NCBI GenBank assembly: GCA_964420965.1
Contig: CAYQUQ010000004.1
Coordinates: 1,252 to 55,072 of the forward strand
Direction: 5' to 3'
Length of the DNA stretch: 53,821 nt
Origin: an uncultured Planctomycetia bacterium
Lineage (GTDB): Bacteria > Omnitrophota > Gorgyraeia > Duberdicusellales > 4484-171
This document shows, piece after piece, positions 7,697-15,894 of this stretch (position 1 is the stretch's first letter; each line of letters starts with the position of its first letter). A program made the translations under genes and the position numbers. The notes beneath the pieces were generated by a model that did not search any database, was not told where the DNA came from, and was given only the letters and a program-made list of their open reading frames with translations.

Positions 7697-9346
7697 TTAA
7701 CGCTTTTTAAGTTTCATGGCCCAGATGCCCGGCGGCCCGGAATAGAACTTTTCCACGTTAATATCGGCCCGCTTTTCAAATTGCGCTTTGATTTTTTTCA
7801 ATTTCCGGCGCCAGCGCCTTTCGGAAATTATATACCAGGCATAGTCGTATCCGGGTTCGACGCCGGTTTTAGCCAGCCAGTCGAAAGAAATATCTTCATT
7901 TTTTACCTTTTTTATCCAGGGGATAGCCGAGAACCGGCGTTCATGCTCGAAAACCAGGAAAGAACGCCGGTTCATGACCAGGGATACTTTATCGCCGGCC
8001 GTTGTTTCTTTCTGGATTCTTTTCAGCAGTCCGCGCATTGATTCCATATTTTGTCCGTAAAGCAGTATTCTTCCCGTACGGTATATATTGGGCAGGAGTA
8101 AAAAAACCATCAGCAGGATCAGGAATTTATTCTCCTTTCTTTTATCTCTTTTGGTTACGATGCAAGTGTAGAAGTGCTTTACGACGATAAAAAAAGAGGT
8201 GAATAAAACCGGGCTTATAAAGAGGTTGTGGCGTAGCGGCCCGACCGGATATATTCCCAGCGTTGATAAGACTACACAGGCAGTTATCGAATAGAGCATC
8301 ACCCCTAAGACCACGCTGTTTAAGGTATCTTTGCGGCGGATAAACACTCCCAAGGCAAGGAATGAATAGATCAGAACCCCCCCCGCGATTATTAAAAGCG
8401 GAGAACCGAGGCTGAACTGGGGAATTATTAAATATATTCTTCCGGCATTAAACAGCTGCCAGGATATCATCGAAGGCAGGAAACTCATAATTTCCAAAGA
8501 GTAATATTTTAAGCTATGGTGGAAGGTGTACTTTAGATAGAAGAGATAATTGGTAAAGCTGTACTTGGTAAATATATCCTTAAACTCAAGGCCGCGGCTA
8601 AAAATATGAATGTTAAATATAGAAACAACATATAAGGCCGCAATAATCAGGGGGGTTAGCAATAAGGCTGTTTTAAGAATCTTTACCGATGCGGAGTCAA
8701 CCTTGCTTTTTATGGTATGGATGACTAATACGGCAACGGTGAAAGGAAAGAAAATGCCGTAGCCGTATCCGGAAGACAGCCCGAGTAAAAAACTTAAAAG
8801 CATCCAGAGGTAGTATTTATCTCTTTTGCCTTTGGCCTTTATGATTTTAAGTAGCAACAAAAGAGTTAGCGCCGAGCAGAATATTTCCAGTGAGTAGGAT
8901 CGTAATTCGATCGAATAGTAGAACCAGGTAGCATTTAAAGCGCAAAAGAGGACAAAAGCAATCCGCCATTTTTTTGAAAACCCGCACACTTTGGCCATAA
9001 AATACATGAGGTATATGGCTCCTAAGTTAAACAGCAAAGGAATCAACCTTAACCACAATGTGCTGTTGGATATTTTTGACCAGTAATGTATTATTAAGGT
9101 AAAGAGAGGAGACCCCAGGAGCCATCGGGAAGTATTGTAAAGCAGGGATTTTAGCTGCGTATCTTGATGTATGAAGTCAAGCGGGCCGTTGTAAGACGGC
9201 GTTATCCCTTTGGCAATCCAGAATTGGCGGGCTTCGTCGATCCAGAAACCGTAGGTATTAAGGGCCACGATTCGAAATCCCAGCCAGAGCAGGATAAGCA
9301 GCAAGATAAGTTTTTTAGCTTTGTCATTATATAAAAAAGCTTTCAT
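7697..9346 (-). CDS. Polytopic membrane glycosyltransferase, GT-C fold (ArnT / PMT_2-like)
   Basis: 549 aa with more than 10 hydrophobic helices. First-loop motif FWIDEARQFWIAKG resembles the DE-containing loop of GT39/GT83 enzymes. Soluble C-terminal ~110 aa. Confidence 0.65.
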   Translation of the reverse strand: MKAFLYNDKAKKLILLLILLWLGFRIVALNTYGFWIDEARQFWIAKGITPSYNGPLDFIHQDTQLKSLLYNTSRWLLGSPLFTLIIHYWSKISNSTLWLRLIPLLFNLGAIYLMYFMAKVCGFSKKWRIAFVLFCALNATWFYYSIELRSYSLEIFCSALTLLLLLKIIKAKGKRDKYYLWMLLSFLLGLSSGYGYGIFFPFTVAVLVIHTIKSKVDSASVKILKTALLLTPLIIAALYVVSIFNIHIFSRGLEFKDIFTKYSFTNYLFYLKYTFHHSLKYYSLEIMSFLPSMISWQLFNAGRIYLIIPQFSLGSPLLIIAGGVLIYSFLALGVFIRRKDTLNSVVLGVMLYSITACVVLSTLGIYPVGPLRHNLFISPVLFTSFFIVVKHFYTCIVTKRDKRKENKFLILLMVFLLLPNIYRTGRILLYGQNMESMRGLLKRIQKETTAGDKVSLVMNRRSFLVFEHERRFSAIPWIKKVKNEDISFDWLAKTGVEPGYDYAWYIISERRWRRKLKKIKAQFEKRADINVEKFYSGPPGIWAMKLKKR

Positions 9347-9377
9347 AAAATAATGAATATAATTCGCCTGTAAAATT

Positions 9378-9406
9378 ATGTTACGCTACAGCATTTGTAC
9401 TGTCAA
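9378..9406 (-). promoter_or_regulatory. Candidate promoter for the minus-strand GT-C gene
   Basis: On the minus strand: TTGACA (complement of 9401-9406), 17-nt spacer, TAACAT (complement of 9378-9383), about 30 nt upstream of the start at 9346. Confidence 0.35.
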
Positions 9407-9410
9407 GGGA

Positions 9411-9439
9411 TTAACATCCTCCCCTTTAAGTGATATAAT
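9411..9439 (+). promoter_or_regulatory. Extended -10 promoter placed to give a leaderless transcript of the next gene
   Basis: TTAACA 9411-9416, 17-nt spacer ending in TG (9431-9432), TATAAT 9434-9439. The ATG of the downstream gene starts at 9446, only 6 nt after the -10, and no SD sequence lies between them. Confidence 0.45.
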
Positions 9440-9445
9440 CCTTTC

Positions 9446-10729
9446 ATGAGAAAAAAAAACATTTTACTGCTGATCGTTTTTGCGGGGGTACTGCTTCGGT
9501 CGGGGGTGGTATTTTTTTCATCCGTACCTTATTCCCGGGTAATTCCCGATTTAAAGAAGTATGATCATATTGCTCAGAATATAGCTTTTAAAGGAATTTA
9601 CTCTCAGGATTCGCCGCAAACCCTTAAGCCTGAACCCACCGCGGTATACCCCCCGGTATATCCGGGCCTCCTGGCGGCAATATACCGTTTCTGCGGCTAT
9701 AAACCGATTTTAGCCGTTTATCTGAACATTATTTTTTACATAACTGCCTGTATGGTTATTTTTAAATTAGGCCGTTTGCTTTTTGATGAGACAACCGGCT
9801 TAATCGGTGTTCTTTTTTTTACCCTTGAGCCCGTGGTACTTATTTATTCCATTATACCCATTCCGGATATATGTATTGGTCTGCTGTTGCCTTTAAGCCT
9901 TTATTTTTTAATAAAATTCCTGAACCAGAATCCCCGCGGTAAGGTTTATTACCGCTACCTTATCTTAGCCAACATCACCCTGGCCTTAGGCATATTGACC
10001 AAGCCGGTAGTATTTTATTTCCCCTTCCTGATCGTTTTATTTATTCTTTCCTATTGGAAAAAAAATATGCGTAAAGCCGTTTTAGCTTCCGGCCTTACCC
10101 TGATTCTGACGGGGCTGGCTATTTCCCCCTGGCTGGTGAGAAATTATAGGATTTGGAATAAGGTTCGCTTTGTCACCACCGGCGGGTTTATTGCTCCCCG
10201 GAAGTCGGCTATTCTTGAAAAGGTTAACCGCACGCAGGGGCAGCTTCGCGATCATCCTTCAGCCTTGATGAATCGAACTGTTGCTTATGTTTTCGGTACG
10301 GGCACAATAACCTTTTACCGGATGTTTGACCCCGGCGATAATCTACAGGAATACTACCAGCGCCACAAAGAGCAGTTTTTAAAAAAGGCGGGTTCGAAAA
10401 GACATAACATTTTTAAGGGGCCGCTTATAAGTGATTACCTGAGAATTTTTAATTTTTCCCGTAAGTTCGCTGTGCTTGAATTCTTATTTTTGGGTATTTT
10501 ATTAATTACATACCTGTTTGCATTACTGGGGGTGTTTTTTGCCTTTAAATTTAGAAAAAGGCGGGAATTACTGGTAGCTGCTTTGGGGATTATTTATTTT
10601 TCGGCCACTATAATCGTGGCCATAAGCGCTAACAGCCGGTACCGCCTTCCGGCGATACCTTTTTACGCTATCCTTGCCGGTTACGGGGTGAAAAACCTTG
10701 TTTTTCCCCGGAATAAAAACCGGGTTTAA
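9446..10729 (+). CDS. Polytopic membrane glycosyltransferase, GT-C fold (ArnT / PMT_2-like), second copy
   Basis: 427 aa with ~10 hydrophobic helices. The N-terminal loop PDLKKYDHIAQNIAFKG resembles the pDa..Y...A.n...g.g loop of PMT_2-type enzymes. Confidence 0.6.
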   Translation: MRKKNILLLIVFAGVLLRSGVVFFSSVPYSRVIPDLKKYDHIAQNIAFKGIYSQDSPQTLKPEPTAVYPPVYPGLLAAIYRFCGYKPILAVYLNIIFYITACMVIFKLGRLLFDETTGLIGVLFFTLEPVVLIYSIIPIPDICIGLLLPLSLYFLIKFLNQNPRGKVYYRYLILANITLALGILTKPVVFYFPFLIVLFILSYWKKNMRKAVLASGLTLILTGLAISPWLVRNYRIWNKVRFVTTGGFIAPRKSAILEKVNRTQGQLRDHPSALMNRTVAYVFGTGTITFYRMFDPGDNLQEYYQRHKEQFLKKAGSKRHNIFKGPLISDYLRIFNFSRKFAVLEFLFLGILLITYLFALLGVFFAFKFRKRRELLVAALGIIYFSATIIVAISANSRYRLPAIPFYAILAGYGVKNLVFPRNKNRV

Positions 10730-10731
10730 AA

Positions 10732-11877
10732 ATGTTTTTTAAGGCTAAAGCTATTGCCGTCAATACCGAAGAATTGATTTTGATTTCGGCCCGGCATAAA
10801 TCGGATAGCCGGCTGTCGGAGCGGGCCGTCAATTTGATCAAAGCCGGCGTAGACTGGGCTTACTTCAGCAATTTTATACTCGAAAATAAAATTGTCGGCT
10901 CGGCTTATAACTTGCTGGAGTTTTGCGGCCGGTCGGCCAATATCCCCCCAGCCGTGCTTAGCCGTTTAAGGTCAGCTAATCTCTTCCTGGCTTACAAGAT
11001 AACTCTGCATCACCAAAAGCTCAAAGAGATTTTAAAATTATTTTATGGGCACGATATCGCTGTTGTGCCGCTAAAGGGGACAATTCTATCCCGGCGGCTT
11101 TACGGAGAAGTTAGCGCCCGCGGTTTAAGTGTTGATTTTGATTTCTTTATCGCGGCAAAAGACCGGGGTCGGGTGCAGGCTTTGCTGGAGAAGGAAGGGT
11201 TTTCGCTTTCCTCTCACCCCCGGGAGGAATTATTGGGATCGGCGATTTTTAGCCGGTCCAATTCAGAAATAATTGATTTACACTGGAGTATGTTGACGCC
11301 GTTTTATTGCCCCTCTGAAAGGCTCGCCGGGTTTTTAAAATCCCGGCGGCTGGTGGAGGAGGAAGGGGTGAAGTATTATGAGTTTAAGGAGGAAGAGCTA
11401 TTACTTTATCTTTCCGCACACCTGGCCAGCAGCAGCTGTTTTGGGCGCTTACGGGATATTGGCGATATAAAGGCATTTTTAGATAAATACCGCGGCCGGC
11501 TTAATTGGCCCAGCTTAATGGTTAAGGCCCGGGAGTGGAGGCTATCCAGTTCCCTATATGCCGCTCTTAAGCTTTCCGGGAAGCTTTTTTCTTCTGATCT
11601 GCCGTCCGGAGTCCCGGGTAAATTAAGACCCGGCTCCTTAAAGCTGATTTTGATCAGAGCAGTTACCGCTAAAAAGATTATTTTGGGGAGAGAGTTAAAG
11701 AGGCAAAAAGTTATCGTCCGGCTTTTCAGGTTCGTATTGTTTCGGCTGATCGAATCCCGTTCGCTCCGGGATTATATAAAGACTTTATTCCCGCCTAAAC
11801 AGCTTATAAAAAGCCGTTCTTATTTGTCCCGGATTTTTAAGGCCCTCACCAGATTTTTCCGGGTCTTATCGGCCTGA
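10732..11877 (+). CDS. Second PF14907 / NTP_transf_5-like nucleotidyltransferase family protein
   Basis: PLKGTILSRRLYGEVSARGLSVDFDFFIAAKDRGRVQALLEKEGFSL ... IDLHWSM parallels the 4244-5317 product motif for motif. Confidence 0.6.
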   Translation: MFFKAKAIAVNTEELILISARHKSDSRLSERAVNLIKAGVDWAYFSNFILENKIVGSAYNLLEFCGRSANIPPAVLSRLRSANLFLAYKITLHHQKLKEILKLFYGHDIAVVPLKGTILSRRLYGEVSARGLSVDFDFFIAAKDRGRVQALLEKEGFSLSSHPREELLGSAIFSRSNSEIIDLHWSMLTPFYCPSERLAGFLKSRRLVEEEGVKYYEFKEEELLLYLSAHLASSSCFGRLRDIGDIKAFLDKYRGRLNWPSLMVKAREWRLSSSLYAALKLSGKLFSSDLPSGVPGKLRPGSLKLILIRAVTAKKIILGRELKRQKVIVRLFRFVLFRLIESRSLRDYIKTLFPPKQLIKSRSYLSRIFKALTRFFRVLSA

Positions 11878-12104
11878 ATTCGGCTCATAAAATATTAGCC
11901 CAAAAGTATACTCGAACATACATTACTATACTTTATACTACTTAAGTAGCATTCCAATATTTCCCCAGAACCAGCGACCTTTTCGGGAAGAAGGAAGGGG
12001 TGAGAAGGTTCCCCTATCCCCCCAGCTTTTGAATGGGGTAAGCCATGAGCAGCATTGTCTTAGCAGGGTAATTTTGCGGTATTTGAGCCGGGTTAAAAAA
12101 AGTC

Positions 12105-12133
12105 TTGACAATATTAGACATCTGTACTATACT
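12105..12133 (+). promoter_or_regulatory. Sigma70-like promoter, TTGACA-17 nt-TATACT, at the head of the regulatory/export operon
   Basis: TTGACA 12105-12110, 17-nt spacer, TATACT 12128-12133, 84 nt upstream of GTG 12217. It sits in a 340-nt AT-rich intergenic region. Confidence 0.5.
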
Positions 12134-12216
12134 TTATTATAGATTAACATACTTTAATACAGCTTGCCAATATTGGTTATAGCTGGGTAGCATACTGTTT
12201 AGAGGGGTAAATTCCG

Positions 12217-12411
12217 GTGAAAGATAAGATCTACCGCACAAAAGAAGTGCTCCGAATAGTGGGGATTTCCCGGGCCACCCTTTACAATTGGTTTCGGGAT
12301 AAGAAGGTCAGGGATGTATCCCGGGACCGCAATGATTTTCGTATTTTTACCGACGCGGATATTGCCAGGATTTTAGCTTATAAGAATTTAATCAGACATT
12401 CACCCCGTTAA
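12217..12411 (+). CDS. Small MerR/excisionase-type helix-turn-helix protein, copy 1
   Basis: 64 aa. YRTKEVLRIVGISRATLYNWFRDKKV is a typical HTH_17/MerR-like N-terminal HTH. GTG start. Confidence 0.7.
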   Translation: MKDKIYRTKEVLRIVGISRATLYNWFRDKKVRDVSRDRNDFRIFTDADIARILAYKNLIRHSPR

Positions 12412-12598
12412 AAAGCTGATGAAGTCAGATAAGATCTACCGCACAAAAGAAGTGCTCCGAATAGTGGGGATTTCCCGGGCCACCCTTTACAATTGGTTTC
12501 GGGATAAGAAGGTCAGGGATGTATCCCGGGACCGCAATGATTTTCGTATTTTTACCGACGCGGATATTGCCAGGATTTTAGCTTACAAGAATTTAATC
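12223..12598. repeat. Tandem direct duplication: 171-bp unit, 205-bp period, 1 mismatch
   Basis: 12223-12393 and 12428-12598 are identical except t12381 versus c12586 (synonymous, Tyr codon). Each unit covers almost the whole small HTH gene. Confidence 0.9.
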
Positions 12599-12613
12599 CG
12601 GGAGCCGCGATGA
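12419..12613 (+). CDS. Small MerR/excisionase-type helix-turn-helix protein, copy 2
   Basis: Same 57-aa core as copy 1. It differs only at the first 3-4 and last 3-4 residues. Its stop overlaps the PilZ gene start (ATGA). Confidence 0.7.
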   Translation: MKSDKIYRTKEVLRIVGISRATLYNWFRDKKVRDVSRDRNDFRIFTDADIARILAYKNLIREPR

Positions 12614-12978
12614 CCGCCAGAAAGAAAGGAAAAGAAAAACGGAAGCACAAAAGGATCAAATACTATTGTCTTATAAAGTACCGTCTGTCTTCCCGGGAGA
12701 GGGTTTACAGCAAGACAGTTACCTCTTTAAGAAATATCGGCGGCGGCGGAATCATGTTTAAAACCGATGAGACCCTGCCGGTGGGGGTTCTGCTCGACGT
12801 CGAGATCAACATGCCCGTTTTTAAAAAGGTGATCAAGGCTGTGGCTAAAGTAAAATGGACCGAAAGGGTATGGAGCAGCCAGAGGCACGAGGTGGGTATT
12901 GAGTTTTTGAATATAGACGAAACAGAAAGAAAGGAAATCGTTGAATTCGCCGATAATGCCGAGAAAAACGAGGCGTAA
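12610..12978 (+). CDS. PilZ-domain protein (putative c-di-GMP receptor)
   Basis: RKHKR (RxxxR) at the N-terminus, then LRNIGGGGIMF ((D/N)-h-(S/G)-x-x-G) about 25 residues later. The ~120-aa size is typical for a single-domain PilZ protein. Confidence 0.7.
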   Translation: MTARKKGKEKRKHKRIKYYCLIKYRLSSRERVYSKTVTSLRNIGGGGIMFKTDETLPVGVLLDVEINMPVFKKVIKAVAKVKWTERVWSSQRHEVGIEFLNIDETERKEIVEFADNAEKNEA

Positions 12979-12983
12979 GAATT

Positions 12984-15101
12984 ATGGGTAAGAAGGGTTT
13001 GCCGGATAAAGAAGAGAAAGGATTAAGCTTCCGCGACTACTGGCAGGTGTTGTATAAACGGCGCTGGATTTTTCTGATCGCTTTTTTAGGCGTTTGGGGA
13101 ATAAGCATTTTTCATAGTCTTTTTTTGTCGGAATCGCAGTACCGCTCCGCGGCCGAACTGATGATCGGCCCGCCGGTGGTTCAGGTTGCCTCCGAGCGGG
13201 GCATGCAGGTCAGAGAAAGATACGATATCATTAACGAGATAGAGTTGATGCAGAGCGATTTTATGTCCCAAAAGGTTTCGGAGTTGCTTAAAAATGATCC
13301 CGAAGAACCTTTGGATATTTCATCCGGCGGCGTACGGGGTTCAGTTCAGGTGGAACGTCACCCCCGCGCCCAGGTGGTTGTGGTTTCGGCGGTGGGGAGT
13401 GACCCCAAGATGGTATTTCGTCTGGTTAAGGGGTTAATCGCCGCTTATATTGACGAAGGCCAGAAACGCCGAGAAAAGGCGATTCGGGAAACTTATGAAG
13501 CCTTAAGCCGGGAGCTTCTGGCCAAGCATGAAGAGATAGAAGATGCCGAGAGGGCTCTGACCAAATTCGTATTGGAGCATGATATTCTGGCCCGGGGGAT
13601 TGAGGTCGGCGAAAACGCAAGACAGATAAGAAGGACTGTGCGCGGTGAACCGGATATAAACGAGAAGTATTTAAATTTGAAATCCCAACGCATAAATCAA
13701 GAAGCTTTTCTGGGGGAGATAAAAAAGAACCGGCAGGAGAGTGAGCTTATCGCTTTAGGCATTGTGCACGCCCGGGAGAAAGGATTAGTGGATTATGCAG
13801 CATTAAGGAGAGAGCTCTACCTTAAAGAAAAACAGCTTTCCAAATTCCTTTTGACCCAGAGTGATTTACATCCCGATGTGATTGAGGCCAGAGGCGAAGT
13901 TGAAGAAGCCAGAAAAAAAATAAGTTTAGAACTGGACCGGGCTATTCAGCGCGTGGAGCTGAATGTCCGCACCTTAAAAAGAGAAGAAGATAAGTTACGT
14001 TCCCTGATCGAAGAGGGCTTAAGCGAAAAAATGGTTAGATACTCCGCTCTTAAGAGGGAGGTCGGGGTAAAAAAGAAGATTTACAATGGTTTTATAAACC
14101 AGGTTCAGCTTCTGGATGTAACCCAGAATTTGGGCAACATCCCTTTTGTGAAAGTGCTTAAAGAGCCCTATATGCCCGGCCGGCCGATAAACAATCGTTC
14201 CCGGAACATATTTTTGTCTTTAATATTTGCCGTAATTGTCGGCTTTACATCCGTGGCTCTAACGGAAAACATGGACATAAGCATCGGCAGCGTCGACGAG
14301 GTGGAAGATAATCTGGGGCTTACCGTGCTTTCGATTTTGCCGTTTTATACCCCGAAAGCCGAAGTCCTCGAAAAGCAAAGCAAGAGAAGTCGGCTCATTT
14401 TAGGCCTGATTGCGGTTCATGAACCTAAGTCGATGCTCAGCGAAGCTTTTCGTACCCTGCGCACCAATATAAAGTTTGTAAATACAGACCGGCCTTTAAA
14501 GTCTTTTGTGATTACCAGCCCCGGCCCCAAGGAAGGTAAGTCGTTTATCTCGTCCAATTTAGCCGTAACTATGGCTAAATCCGGGGATAAAGTGATATTG
14601 ATCGACGGGGATTTAAGAAGGCCGATGATGCATAAATATTTTAATCTTGATAATTCCGTGGGGTTAAGCACTATTTTGGCGGGCAAACAGGATTTAGAGT
14701 TTGACCGGTATGCTACTGATGTTGAAAATTTAAGCGTGGTACCGTCCGGACCGCTGCCCCCTAATCCCAACGAGCTTTTAGGGGCCAAGAAGACCGAGGA
14801 ATTAATTTCCGCATTCGGCAAGGAGGCAGACGTAGTCATTATCGATTCGCCGCCGTTGCTTTCGGTAAGTGACAGTGTAATTTTGGCTGCCAAAACAGAA
14901 GGCGTAGTTTTGGTTTTCCTGGCCGACAAAACGGCTAAGACAGCCGGCATCCGGGCATCAGTGATGCTTAAAAATGCCGGTGTAAATGTGATCGGCGGGA
15001 TAATCAACGGAGTAAAGACAGACAAAAGCGGCTATTACTACTATTATAAATACGGTTACTACGGGAAATCTAAATACGGATATCACGATGAAGAAAAATA
15101 G
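12984..15101 (+). CDS. Polysaccharide co-polymerase fused to a BY-type tyrosine autokinase (Wzc-like, PCP-2a architecture)
   Basis: Two TM helices (WIFLIAFLGVWGISIF; IFLSLIFAVIVGFTSVAL) flank a long coiled-coil region. Kinase domain: Walker A SPGPKEGKS, Walker A' IDGDLRRP, Walker B VVIIDSPP. C-terminal Tyr cluster SGYYYYYKYGYYGKSKYGY. Confidence 0.9.
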   Translation: MGKKGLPDKEEKGLSFRDYWQVLYKRRWIFLIAFLGVWGISIFHSLFLSESQYRSAAELMIGPPVVQVASERGMQVRERYDIINEIELMQSDFMSQKVSELLKNDPEEPLDISSGGVRGSVQVERHPRAQVVVVSAVGSDPKMVFRLVKGLIAAYIDEGQKRREKAIRETYEALSRELLAKHEEIEDAERALTKFVLEHDILARGIEVGENARQIRRTVRGEPDINEKYLNLKSQRINQEAFLGEIKKNRQESELIALGIVHAREKGLVDYAALRRELYLKEKQLSKFLLTQSDLHPDVIEARGEVEEARKKISLELDRAIQRVELNVRTLKREEDKLRSLIEEGLSEKMVRYSALKREVGVKKKIYNGFINQVQLLDVTQNLGNIPFVKVLKEPYMPGRPINNRSRNIFLSLIFAVIVGFTSVALTENMDISIGSVDEVEDNLGLTVLSILPFYTPKAEVLEKQSKRSRLILGLIAVHEPKSMLSEAFRTLRTNIKFVNTDRPLKSFVITSPGPKEGKSFISSNLAVTMAKSGDKVILIDGDLRRPMMHKYFNLDNSVGLSTILAGKQDLEFDRYATDVENLSVVPSGPLPPNPNELLGAKKTEELISAFGKEADVVIIDSPPLLSVSDSVILAAKTEGVVLVFLADKTAKTAGIRASVMLKNAGVNVIGGIINGVKTDKSGYYYYYKYGYYGKSKYGYHDEEK

Positions 15102-15894
15102 CTTATTTTTATATTTAGGTATTTTGGGAGTGCTCGGTTTAACGGTTATTTCCGGCTGCGTCGGGAAGCGGGAACACCGCTATCGGCCGAGCAAGAGTCT
15201 GGAGCGGGAAAAAGCCAGGCGTCCCAAGGTGAAATTCATTCAGGCTTCGGATTTCGAACAAGACGTCTGGGCCGTGGACAATTATTTTATCGAGATAGAG
15301 GATGTGCTGGAAATTTCGGTCTGGCAGATAGAGGAGCTTCAAAAGGATGTCGTGGTCAGGCCTGACGGAATGATTTCCTTTCCTTTGATAGGAGAGATTC
15401 CGGCTCAGGGTAAAACCATAGAACAATTGCGAAAAGACATCGTCGAGAAAATAAAGCTTTATATCCGCACCCCGCAGGTTTCGGTAACCATATCCGAATT
15501 CGGAGGAAAACGGGCCGTAGTTATGGGGGAGGTTTCTTCCCGGGGGATAATCCGGTTCAATGCCCCGATAACGATCATGGAAGCGATAGCCTTAGCCGGC
15601 GGCTGGTCCATTAACCGGGCCAACATGGATAAAATATTTGTTATCCGAGAGGTTTATAAAGACGAACCGACGATTATTATGGTGAATGTAAGCAGTATTT
15701 TAAAGAAAGGCAATCTCCGCGAGAATATATCGATAATGCCGGGTGATATTATTTATGTACCCATGGCCAATATCGCCACTTTTAAACAATTCATGAGTAA
15801 TGTCTTTGGGCCTGTTGTCGGCTACGCTCAAGATTATTACGGCGATACCTGGAAGAGGTGGGGAGCCGGGAAATGGAGGTATAGTAGCGAATGA
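15088..15894 (+). CDS. Outer-membrane polysaccharide export (OPX) lipoprotein, Wza-like
   Basis: Lipobox LTVISGC. Poly_export-like VVRPDGMISFPLIGEIPAQGKTIEQLRKDIVEKI. SLBB-like GEVSSRGIIRFNAPITIMEAIALAGG and PGDIIYVP. Confidence 0.85.
   Translation: MKKNSLFLYLGILGVLGLTVISGCVGKREHRYRPSKSLEREKARRPKVKFIQASDFEQDVWAVDNYFIEIEDVLEISVWQIEELQKDVVVRPDGMISFPLIGEIPAQGKTIEQLRKDIVEKIKLYIRTPQVSVTISEFGGKRAVVMGEVSSRGIIRFNAPITIMEAIALAGGWSINRANMDKIFVIREVYKDEPTIIMVNVSSILKKGNLRENISIMPGDIIYVPMANIATFKQFMSNVFGPVVGYAQDYYGDTWKRWGAGKWRYSSE

Noticed and set aside
7691-7699. A 3-nt gap between the convergent stop codons of the FAD oxidoreductase and the minus-strand GT-C gene, as a regulatory feature
   Set aside because: It shows only that no intergenic terminator exists here. 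I cannot infer a mechanism from sequence alone.
11938-11949. 12-bp palindrome CTACTTAAGTAG, and 10-bp palindrome CCAATATTGG at 12167-12176, as operators for the HTH proteins
   Set aside because: Short palindromes are expected by chance in a 340-nt AT-rich region. I have no second copy or binding data to support them.
12223-12598. The 205-bp-period repeat as a CRISPR array or mobile-element terminus
   Set aside because: There are only two copies and the units are long coding segments. There are no short spacers, inverted termini, or transposase or integrase nearby. It is a gene duplication.
14417-15025. 202-aa minus-strand ORF
   Set aside because: It is antisense to the BY-kinase domain, whose Walker A/A'/B motifs are read on the + strand. 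The product has no motifs. It is a shadow ORF.
15031-15075. TAT/TAC-rich runs here and at 24641-24666, as microsatellites or phase-variation tracts
   Set aside because: They are in frame and encode the Tyr clusters of the two BY-kinases. The codons alternate irregularly rather than forming a perfect repeat.
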